From positions 1-7,785 of the forward strand of contig NW_021828755.1 in NCBI RefSeq assembly GCF_006345805.1: a DNA stretch of 7,785 nt, in the 5' to 3' direction. Both the position numbers and the translations under genes were made by a program. Below, one piece after another: positions 1-7,424 of this stretch (position 1 is the stretch's first letter; every line of letters starts with the position of its first letter). The DNA comes from Octopus sinensis. Its lineage: Eukaryota. Below the pieces are notes generated by a model. The model did not search any database. It saw only the letters and a list, made by a program, of their open reading frames with translations, and had not been told where the DNA came from.

Positions 1-120
1 TACATACGTATATACTTACACACACAAACACATACATATACATATATCTGCATCTCTATGTATGTGCATGTGTATGTATGTATATATAAATATACATGTG
101 CATGTGTATGCATGTTTGTG
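1..120. repeat. Compound TA/CA/TG microsatellite, probably the expanded central linker of the F1 SINE whose 3' half follows
   Basis: Near-continuous TA, CA, TG and TATG units running directly into an F1 3' half at ~116. Confidence 0.85.
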
Positions 121-290
121 TTTATCTACTACCACCACCGCTTGTAACCTGGGTAGGTTTGTTTACTTGCTCATAGCTTAGTGGTACGACAAAGGAGTCC
201 GATAGGATAAGCAACAGGTTTTTAAAAAAAAGACATGTGTACTGGTACGGGTTTGCTCGACTTACCCTGTTGAGAAGTGCATTTTTGCAC
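116..290 (+). mobile_element. Diverged 3' half of SINE family F1
   Basis: tttgtgttt...caccaccgcttgtaacc...gtttgtttac...ccgataggataag aligns with 7600-7700 (caccaccgtttgacaacc...gtttgtttac...ccgatagaataag) and with 1111-1210. The right boundary is approximate. Confidence 0.6.
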
Positions 291-472
291 AATGAATAAT
301 CAGGAAATATGGTGCACATACTATGATTATTGTCTAACATTTACCAGATATACTGTTCTGTTTACCGTCTTTATTCTTTCTTTTACTCATCTTCCTTGCT
401 TTTGCTGCTCAGTTTTTCTTCCATTTTCTACTTTCGTAAAACAATTAGTTGGGAAATCAGCTTTACTCGAAT

Positions 473-577
473 CTTGTTTACCCAATCAAGTGGTTCTAGG
501 TCCAGTCGCATGGCACGGCACCTTCCACAAGACATTTGAGCAAATTTCTTAGATGGAAATTGAAAGAAGCCTGTCGT
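473..577 (+). mobile_element. Diverged, internally deleted 5' half of SINE family F1
   Basis: cttgtttacccaatcaagtggttctaggtccagtc matches cttgcttcccaaccacatggttccgggttcacttc (from ~7446). agatggaaattgaaagaagcctgtcgt matches agaaggaaactgaaaaaaccccccgtcgt, which ends at 7583. Confidence 0.65.
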
Positions 578-645
578 GTATATGTGTGTGTGTGTGTGAG
601 AGAGAGAGTGTGTGTGTGTGTATATGTGTATGTGTATATATATAT
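578..645. repeat. (TG)n/(AG)n/(TA)n compound microsatellite
   Basis: Read directly from the sequence; it starts at the gtcgt motif that ends the F1 5' half. Confidence 0.9.
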
Positions 646-765
646 ATCACCGTGATCACCGTGACCGACCAGACTATCAGATGTTGCTACACATCGCTGG
701 TCCAATGCGCTTCGCATTGTTTTAGCCTTCGGATGACGCCACCCCCGCTGGCTAAGCAAGCAGGC

Positions 766-767
<2 letters not shown>
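646..767. mobile_element. Short interspersed repeat of unassigned family, inserted within microsatellite
   Basis: GC-richer, complex 120 bp island between TA-rich tracts, opening with a tandem tcaccgtga x2 (647-664). It resembles a repeat I recall as common in octopus assemblies, but there is no second copy in the window to confirm this. Confidence 0.4.
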
Positions 768-802
<35 letters not shown>

Positions 803-838
803 ATAATATATAATATATATATATATATATAATATATA
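768..838. repeat. (TA)n microsatellite with interruptions
   Basis: Pure A/T alternation with several taa interruptions. Confidence 0.95.
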
Positions 839-840
839 TT

Positions 841-969
841 AAGGTAGGTAGAAAAATACAACATGGACAAGACGTATAACTCTTAGAAGACGATACAATA
901 AACATGGACAGACATTCGAACCCCTCAGTCTTCAGTCAAGACCGGATCATCGTAGTAATTTGCGGCTGA
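841..969. mobile_element. Fragment of an unassigned interspersed repeat (possibly a retroelement terminus)
   Basis: Complex 130 bp island between TA tracts, with internal aacatggaca x2. It resembles a recalled octopus repeat; not verifiable within the window. Confidence 0.35.
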
Positions 970-1110
970 TTATATATAATATATATACATATATATATAT
1001 GTATGTTTTATGTGTGTGTGTGTGCGTGTATGTGTGTGTGCGTGTGTGTGTGGTGTGTTGTGTGTGTGTGTGTGTGGTGTGTGTGTGGCTTTCGTGTGTA
1101 TGCGTGTTTG
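970..1110. repeat. (TA)n then imperfect (TG)n microsatellite
   Basis: Read directly from the sequence; it runs into the F1 3' half. Confidence 0.9.
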
Positions 1111-1328
1111 GTGTCTGTGTTTGTCACCAGCACCGCTTGACAACCGATGATGTTAACATCCTCGTTAGCTAGCTAGCGGTTCGGCAAAAGTGACCGATAG
1201 AATAAATACCAAGTTGAAAAAGAAAAAAAGAAGTTCTGGGGGTCGATTCATTCGTCCGAAAATTCTTGAAGGCGGTGCCCCAGAATGGCCACAGTCTAAT
1301 GACTGAAATAGGTAAAAGGAAAAAAAAA
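1111..1328 (+). mobile_element. 3' half of SINE family F1 with A-rich tail
   Basis: caccgcttgacaaccg, ggttcggcaaaa, ccgatagaataa, ttcattc, aattcttgaaggcggtgccccagaatggccacagtcta are collinear with 7600-7785. It ends in aaaaggaaaaaaaaa. Confidence 0.8.
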
Positions 1329-1637
1329 TGAAAGCTACATTAAGTTGCATTCGTCTAACCAATTATACGGTAAATCATTATAAATAGTACTTGGAGTGGG
1401 TGTTGTTAGTAACCAAACAAATAATTCCTTTTAGCTGAGAATGAAAACCAAATTGTGAATGAAGAATAAAATGTTTAGCGATGTTATTTTTTGTGTTTTC
1501 TTTCTTATATTCGATAATCGAAAAATTTAATGTTTCAACAATATATCAGCTGATATTAAAGCACGTGACACTTACTCGCCATCCCCCTACTCCCTACTTC
1601 CATTCCTCTTGCCATCGTTTGTTACAGAGGAGCCAAA

Positions 1638-1827
1638 TAGCACGCCGGCGAAAATGCGTATTAACATTTCGTCCGTCTTTACTGTCTGAGTTCAAATTCC
1701 GCTGAAGTCGACTTTCCCTTTCAGTATTTCAGAGGCGAAATATTAAGTACCTGTTGATCACTGTGATCGATATAACGGACTTGCTTTCTCCCAGAAATTA
1801 CTAGTTTGGTGCCAAAATTGGATCCAA
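1638..1827 (+). mobile_element. SINE family F3 copy (tRNA-like B-box head)
   Basis: tagcacgccgg...tctgagttcaaattccgc...gtcgactttccctttc...taagtacc...gtgccaaaatt is collinear with 6933-7120 and 7148-7336. gagttcaaattcc (~1688-1700) resembles a Pol III B box. Confidence 0.75.
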
Positions 1828-1924
1828 TAACCCCAGGTAATGGGTATTATTTACTCCAGATATGTAGAATTCTTGGATGTCTACCACAATCCATCTGTAT
1901 TTTCTACCGTTACTTTATTTATTC

Positions 1925-1965
1925 ACACTCACACACATGTATATATGCATGTATGTGTGTATGTA

Positions 1966-2035
<70 letters not shown>

Positions 2036-2061
2036 CACACACTTATAGATATATATATATA

Positions 2062-2130
<69 letters not shown>
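1925..2130. repeat. Compound microsatellite (CA, TG, CT, TA, TG, long TA), including an uninterrupted (TA)n of ~59 bp at 2066-2124
   Basis: Read directly from the sequence. Confidence 0.95.
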
Positions 2131-2132
<2 letters not shown>

Positions 2133-2271
2133 TGTTTGGTCTACTATCAATTGGTTTCTTCATAATTCATTTTTACCAACTTAATCGCAGTTTATCATAT
2201 TGAAAACCTATCTCCGCTAAATTCTTCAAATAAAAGCGTCTTTCAAAATGTTATATATAGAGAAAACTAGT

Positions 2272-2275
<4 letters not shown>

Positions 2276-2316
<41 letters not shown>

Positions 2317-2350
2317 AGAGAGAGAGAGAAAGAGCGAGAGAAAGACAGAG
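2276..2350. repeat. Perfect (TG)~19 followed by imperfect (AG)n
   Basis: Read directly: TG run at 2276-2314. Confidence 0.95.
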
Positions 2351-2426
2351 AATGAAGTCAAACCAAATGGCACTATTTTGAAATCATTTAATACGTACGT
2401 TTCAGGTTAACGTCATATTTAACAGG

Positions 2427-2545
2427 ATATATATGTATGTGTGTGTGTATGTATATGTGTGTAATTATGTGTGTGGTGTGTGTATGTATGTGTGTGTAAT
2501 TATGTGTGTGTAATGTGTGTATGTATGCATATATATCTGTATGAA
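2427..2545. repeat. Degenerate TG/TATG microsatellite with a repeated gtgtaattatgtgtgt unit
   Basis: Read directly from the sequence. Confidence 0.8.
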
Positions 2546-2892
2546 TGTATAAACTACATAGCCCAACCTGCCTTCCCTAAACTTTGATATACGAGAAAAA
2601 TACCGAAATAACTTTTATAACAACGTATAAGAATGATCTGAAGAAATAAGGATTAAAATATTTTTGAGACATTTGATATCTTTCTTTGTACATTTATAGA
2701 AAAATAGTGAAATGTGATTTGTTTTCTCTGTGTGTAATTTGAAACAAAATCACTCACTGAGCCGCAGTGTTGTGTACTCAAAAGTACATCTCTTAGAATC
2801 AGAAGTGATCAGAGAAACTAAGGAGGCCCTGATTCTACTATTACGTGCCTCCACTTTAAAAGTTGATTTCTACGTTACTATTGGCCATTATT

Positions 2893-3076
2893 AAGGTGGC
2901 CAGCTAGCAGAATTTTTAGCACGCCGAGCAAAATGCTTAGCTGCTTTTCGTCCGGCTTTACGTTCCACCGAGCGCGACTTTGCCTTTCTTTGTATCGGCT
3001 TCAATAATATAAGTACCAGTTGAGTACTGGGGTTGTTGTAATCGACTTACACCCTTGAGCGAAAATTTGAAGCCAA
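2893..3076 (+). mobile_element. SINE family F3 copy with internal deletions
   Basis: aaggtggccagctagcagaatttttagcacgccgagcaaaatgcttag...cgactttgccttt...taagtaccagttgagtactgggg...aaaatttgaagcca is collinear with the other F3 copies. Confidence 0.75.
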
Positions 3077-3215
3077 TATTGACCTTAAACCGTAAAGACC
3101 CATAAAGAGTAAAGCTGCTATTCTAGTTATCTTCAGGGGCATAAATGACGAACATCATATAGCAAAGTTCCATTCTTTTCCTGTGATAGTCAATTTGTAT
3201 AACAGGTGAATTTTG

Positions 3216-3507
3216 AAGGTGCGTGGTTTAGTCTTGAAGTTATCAAAACTGACAATCGTAAGTTCATGGTGTTCGATTCCCGATGACGCATCGTGTCCTT
3301 AAACAAGACACTTTATTTTACGTTGCACCAGTCAACTCAGCTGGCAAAAATGAGCAGTACCTATATTTCAAAGGGCCAGTGTTGTCCCATTCTGTAAAGA
3401 GTACGCCTGTCTGTGGTTGGCTCGGCCCCATCCCCGTTAATTTCAGGGGCAGGCTGTTCTGTTCATTGGATTAACTAGAAGACTCGTCGTCATAACCGAC
3501 AGAATGC
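3216..3507 (+). mobile_element. SINE family F2, near full length (tRNA-like head, CORE-like segment, 3' tail)
   Basis: A-box-like gcgtggtttagt (3221-3232), B-box gttcgattcc (3271-3280), and CORE-like gtgtccttaaacaagacacttta (3293-3315). The tail has an inverted homolog at 3523-3700. Confidence 0.7.
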
Positions 3508-3522
3508 AAGTAGTAACAAGAA

Positions 3523-3700
3523 GACCCTGCGTCGATCTCGATCCTGAGCACTTAGCTGTCCGACTATCTGAATTCCTAGTAGCCAAAATAATGTCTATAT
3601 GGCTGAGTATTCCGCAGGCGCGGATACTCTTAATGCATTTCTCAGTCAGAATCAGCTGATTACAATGTGACAAAGTTAGATGCTATTGATTACAGATACA
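3523..3700 (-). mobile_element. Highly diverged 3' half of SINE family F2 in inverted orientation
   Basis: ggctgagtattccgcaggcgcggatactctt (3601-3631) aligns at about 20 of 29 positions with the reverse complement of ~3400-3430. The flanks stay collinear at lower identity. Confidence 0.6.
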
Positions 3701-3964
3701 ATCATAAGGGGAGGATATGAGAAGGAGGAGAAGATGATGATGAGCAAAAGATAATGATGATTGGCAGAAGAAGGACTGTTCCACAGCACTTATTACTACA
3801 ATATTGTCGTGATAGCTAAAGAGAACACCAGTTAGGTTAACGCAAGGGAATGTAGTGAATTCATGTCTAAAAGTGGAGAATCCAAATTTAAGGTTATGAA
3901 CGAAAAATGATCACAGTTAATGTGATTTCTGGAGAGAGGGCATGAAGTAAATACATTGAAATGA

Positions 3965-4138
3965 ATACACACATTATATATATACATATACATACATTAT
4001 CGTATACATACATTTATGAGTATAAATATATATGAGAATATATATGCGTGTGTGCCCCCCCCCACTATATATATATATATATAACCCAGTATATATATAT
4101 ATATTTATTTATCAATTTATATGTATATACACATACAC

Positions 4139-4225
<87 letters not shown>

Positions 4226-4265
4226 GTGCGAGTATGTATGCATGCATGTATGTATATATATATAT
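3965..4265. repeat. Long compound TA/CA/(TG)n microsatellite
   Basis: Read directly; includes a C8 run near 4055 and a perfect TG run at ~4185-4224. Confidence 0.9.
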
Positions 4266-4494
4266 TTTTAAGACGAGTTAAAATAAAAACAATTTTACAT
4301 AAACTAAAGGACTCAATACTTTTCTTTTTGTAGAGTACATATTATTCCTATACAAGAATAGTTTTGACTGGGACTTCGAAATTTGGTCTTCATTGGACAG
4401 TACGATGAAGTCTAAATTCCTTGTGGACAAAATAACGTGTCAGAGGTTGCCGAAGGCTAGCAGGCAGAAGCTTTGAAAATACAGTCCACACTAA

Positions 4495-4550
4495 ATACAT
4501 ATATGCATATGTATGTGCGTATGTGTGTGTGTATGCGCGTGTGTGTGTGT
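4495..4550. repeat. TA/TG/CG alternating purine-pyrimidine tract
   Basis: Read directly from the sequence. Confidence 0.85.
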
Positions 4551-4569
4551 GAATCTGTCTGACACTTCC

Positions 4570-4810
4570 TCTATACGTTCTGAGTTCAAAATCCGCCGAG
4601 GTCGACTTTGTTTTCATTCTTTCGGGGTCGATAAATTAAGTACTAGTTGCGTACTAGGGTCGACCTATCGACTGATCCCCTCCCCAAAAATTTCGGGCTT
4701 TGTGCCTAGAGTTGAAAATAAAAAAAAAAAAAGGAAAATGGTATACACGACCATAGGACACCGGGCAAAAATGATTAGCGGCACTTCGTCTGTCTATACG
4801 CTCTGAGTTC
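4570..4810 (+). mobile_element. Partial F3 head-to-tail dimer (block A), paralog of 6975-7207
   Basis: Hand alignment to 6975-7207 gives ~18 differences in ~225 bp outside the poly-A. It includes the shared inter-unit spacer gaaaatggtatacacgac. Confidence 0.9.
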
Positions 4811-4984
4811 CATTCTTTTCCTCACTCACTGCATTAGGAATACACTGGATGGTGGTGGTTCTCCGTCAGATGTCAGCAATTATATTCAAGGTTTTCAGAA
4901 AAGCGCATCATTGAATCCGCTACCGCTGGTTACTGGAGTTTTGAGCATTGGGCGTCTTCATTGAAAGAAGTTATAACCCCATGT
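4811..4984. repeat. Duplicated non-SINE segment (block B), paralog of 6199-6385
   Basis: Collinear with 6199-6385 at roughly 89% by hand alignment, with one 1-nt indel and a length difference near the right end. Confidence 0.9.
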
Positions 4985-5334
4985 TTGTCTATGTTCCCCA
5001 GTGTGTGTGTATGTGTAAAATCTAAAAGTATGTCAAATACTATGCAACTTAATTCGTGATTTATTAAAATGTTCTCCGCCTCTATAAGATATTACGGCCG
5101 TCTCCACTTGAGAAGGGGAAATAATTTGAAATACTATTTTTTTTTTTTGCATATTTGACACGTCATTAAGGACCAGGCTTATTGTCTGGAGATAAAAGGA
5201 CAGATGTAGAAAATACCTGTAGCTAAATAGCTGTTATCAGCACGACGATTTGTCTTATCGTTATATCTCGTTGGCAAATAACCTAGACATATACAGAAAA
5301 GAATAGAAAACATTTGTAGTCGAGACAATCTGCA

Positions 5335-5335
5335 T

Positions 5336-5368
<33 letters not shown>

Positions 5369-5381
5369 TGTGTGTGTGTGT

Positions 5382-5419
<38 letters not shown>

Positions 5420-5460
5420 TGTATGTGTGTGTGTGTGTGTGTGTATAAAGAGAGAGAAAG
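5335..5460. repeat. (TA)n/(TG)n/(AG)n compound microsatellite
   Basis: Read directly from the sequence. Confidence 0.95.
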
Positions 5461-5480
5461 GAAAACGCTCCCCTGGATCA

Positions 5481-5776
5481 GTCTACAATACTTGTGTTTT
5501 GTCTTCGTTGCTATATACGTATATGTGAAACTTGGATTGTTTACCTGAGACATGAAAATACTTGAGCGATTTTACCAACAGTGTCTTCATCCTATACCAG
5601 ATATTCGATGGTGAATGTATGTAAAGGATGTTGAAGTCCACGAACGCAATAAATGCACCAGTATACAGTCTCTGGTATTTCAGTACTTATAATGGAGTGG
5701 TTATGTCGTCAGCATGGGAGATGTTCGGATACACTTGCGATTTCTGTATTGTGAGCGAGCCCAAGATAAAATACCA
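5481..5776 (+). mobile_element. Decayed RTE-clade LINE ORF fragment (region C-terminal to the reverse transcriptase domain)
   Basis: Translation across two frameshifts (near 5520 and 5554) gives VYNTCVLSSLLYT/CETWIVYLRH/KILERFYQQCLHPIPDIRW*MYVKDVEVHERNKCTSIQSLVFQYL*WSGYVVSMGDVRIHLRFLYCERAQDKIP. This follows the RTE pattern VY..VL..LLYG.ETW....H...LERFHQRCLR.IL.I.W...V.N.EVL......SI........LRW.GHV.RM...R.P...LYGEL. It has two in-frame stops. Confidence 0.85.
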
Positions 5777-5801
5777 GCGAGCGTACACACCGAAATTAAG
5801 T

Positions 5802-5837
<36 letters not shown>
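5802..5837. repeat. (TAGA)9 tetranucleotide microsatellite
   Basis: Nine perfect units. Confidence 0.95.
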
Positions 5838-5839
<2 letters not shown>

Positions 5840-5840
5840 T

Positions 5841-6040
5841 GTTTCTTTATTAGCCACACAGGGCTGCACACAGACGGGACAAATTACAAGGTATAGCTTT
5901 TCTTTTATGGATAAAAAAAGTTGGTTTTCGATCAAAAGGGATCGTAAAAGGAAAGAAAGAGGAAAGCAAAAAAAGGGGGGGGGAGGATAAAAATAAAAGG
6001 AAAAGGAAAAAATCGATCAATAGGGATCGAGATCGATAGA
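5841..6040 (-). mobile_element. Probable 3' end/3' UTR of a non-LTR retroelement
   Basis: On the minus strand, a pyrimidine-rich tract leads to ...ccctgtgtggctAATAAAgaaac (AATAAA at 5851-5846), followed by the (TATC)n tail. This resembles a recalled octopus repeat. The family and the 5' boundary are unknown. Confidence 0.45.
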
Positions 6041-6198
6041 TGATGGTTGCCACTTGATTCCGAGTAATACCATTTACTTCTGCTTGGAACATACATACTT
6101 TTGCACTGATGTGACTATGGTGGGCGTCTCTTGCAGTAGGTGTTACAGTATTGTTTCAGTCAAACTTAATATGACCGTTCAATTCCGAATATCCTGAA

Positions 6199-6385
6199 CA
6201 TTCATTTTCTCACTCCCTGCATTAGGGATACACTGGATGGTGGTGTTTCTTTGTCAGATGTCAACGACTATATTCCAAGATTTTCAGAAAAGCGCATAAT
6301 TGGATCAACTACCGCTGGTTACAGGAGTTTTGAGCATTGGGCGTCTTGAATGTATAACCCCATGAAAGAAGGTATAACCCCATGT
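6199..6385. repeat. Duplicated non-SINE segment (block B'), with an internal 20 bp tandem repeat
   Basis: Paralog of 4811-4984. 6348-6367 and 6368-6387 match at 17/20, sharing gtataaccccatg. Confidence 0.9.
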
Positions 6386-6467
6386 CAAGAAACGATCTGC
6401 AAACGTCTCGCTAGTTGACTGCTACGTTAGTTACATCAGTAGGTTATGTGTATAGTCTAACATAAAG

Positions 6468-6853
6468 ACTCAGGTGTGGCTGTTGATTAAGAAGTTTATT
6501 TTGCAACCACGAGTTTTAAGGTCCACTCCCTATGTACAGCAGATTGACTTCTACAGTAGCCCCGGGTCTACCAATGTCTTGTAAGTGTACTTGTAGGGCG
6601 ACAGTTATAAGGAAGTCCGTCATGTGTATGTTTATGTGTGTGTATATGGGGGGGGGGGTAGACCCCCGCCTCTAGTGGTTGTTTACGGCCCCGTAACTTA
6701 GTCATTCGGCAAAAGATACAGATAAAACGAGTACTATACTTCCAGACTTAGAAAATGTAAAACCTGTTACCGGTTTGTTCAGCTAAAGTCTCATGTGGCG
6801 GCGCACCAGCATGTCCACGTTTCAACGACTGAAAGAAGTAGAAGAAGGAAAGA
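6468..6853 (+). mobile_element. Old, diverged full-length F1 SINE
   Basis: caggtgtggctgttgattaagaag...gcaaccacgag...gtccgtc, a short TG linker, gtttacggccccgtaacttag..ttcggcaaaaga...caccagcatg...gactgaaagaagta: collinear with 7425-7785 and 1111-1328. Confidence 0.7.
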
Positions 6854-6932
6854 ATAGTCACAAAGCCTCCGGGTTTGACGATGAATCAGTATAAACGATT
6901 ATATAGATGTAGGCAAAACAAAATATACATAA

Positions 6933-7336
6933 CGTTAGCACGCCGGGCAAAAATGGTTAGTGGCATATCGTCTATCTATACATTCTGAGTTCAAAGTCCG
7001 CCAAGGTCGACTTTGCTTTCATTCTTTCGGGGTCGATGAATTAAGTACTAATTGCGTACTAGGGTCGATCTAACCGACTGGTCCCCTCCCCCAAAATTTC
7101 GAGCCTTGTGCATAGAGTTGAAAAAAAAATGAAAATGGTATACACGACGTTAGGACACCAGGCAAAAATGATTAGCGGCACTTCGTCTGTCTATACACTC
7201 TGAGTTCAAAGTCCGCCGAGGTTGCCTTTGCCTTTCATTCTTTCGGGGTTAATGAAATAAGTATCAGTTGAGCTCTGGGATCAATAAAAACGACTGACCC
7301 CGGAAATTGCAGGCCTTGAACCAAAATTTCAAACCA
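6933..7336 (+). mobile_element. Head-to-tail F3 dimer (units ~6933-7129 and ~7148-7336)
   Basis: Two consecutive units, each cgttag.ac.cc.ggcaaaaatg.ttag.ggca...tctatac..tctgagttcaaagtccgcc...tttcattctttcgggg, separated by an A-run and a short spacer. Confidence 0.85.
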
Positions 7337-7424
7337 GTATAAGTGGAAAGTTCTTTTAATTTCTCTTTTTCTTTTTCAGTATGAGAATTTTATGATTCTA
7401 TGTTTTTTTAAATATTTCTTTAAA

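Noticed and set aside
911-937. Hammerhead-like core on the minus strand (CTGAAGA...CGAATGTC)
   Set aside because: It has GAAT instead of GAAA, no convincing stem II, and no stem I pairing between the flanks.
3570-3630. Hairpin plus CTAG resembling a Helitron 3' end
   Set aside because: The segment is explained as an inverted F2 SINE, and the hairpin-CTAG spacing and following base do not fit.
3443-3673. 76 aa minus-strand ORF that is also largely open on the opposite strand
   Set aside because: It lies across two inverted SINE tails, has no recognisable motif, and is of a length expected by chance.
4838-4880. GWWWF...C motif suggesting a fibrinogen-related domain
   Set aside because: The following conserved NLNG-type motif is absent and the paralog does not keep the motif.
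496-5553. ORF-track entries rich in YI/CV/HT dipeptides (e.g. 496-870, 553-813, 960-1172, 1840-2184, 4032-4271, 5335-5553)
   Set aside because: They are translations of TA/TG/CA microsatellites, which lack stop codons in some frames.
6226-6340. Faint resemblance of DG...DYI.RF...T.GY.SFEH to an APE endonuclease C-terminus
   Set aside because: The diagnostic SDH motif is missing and the spacing is off; too weak to call without a profile search.
6648-6670. G11-TAGA-C5 hairpin or G-run
   Set aside because: A single homopolymer inside a SINE linker, with nothing to suggest function.
4570-7336. Recurring units that might be read as a CRISPR-like or satellite array
   Set aside because: The units are ~200 bp SINE copies with irregular spacing, there are no short conserved repeats with unique spacers, and the context is eukaryotic.
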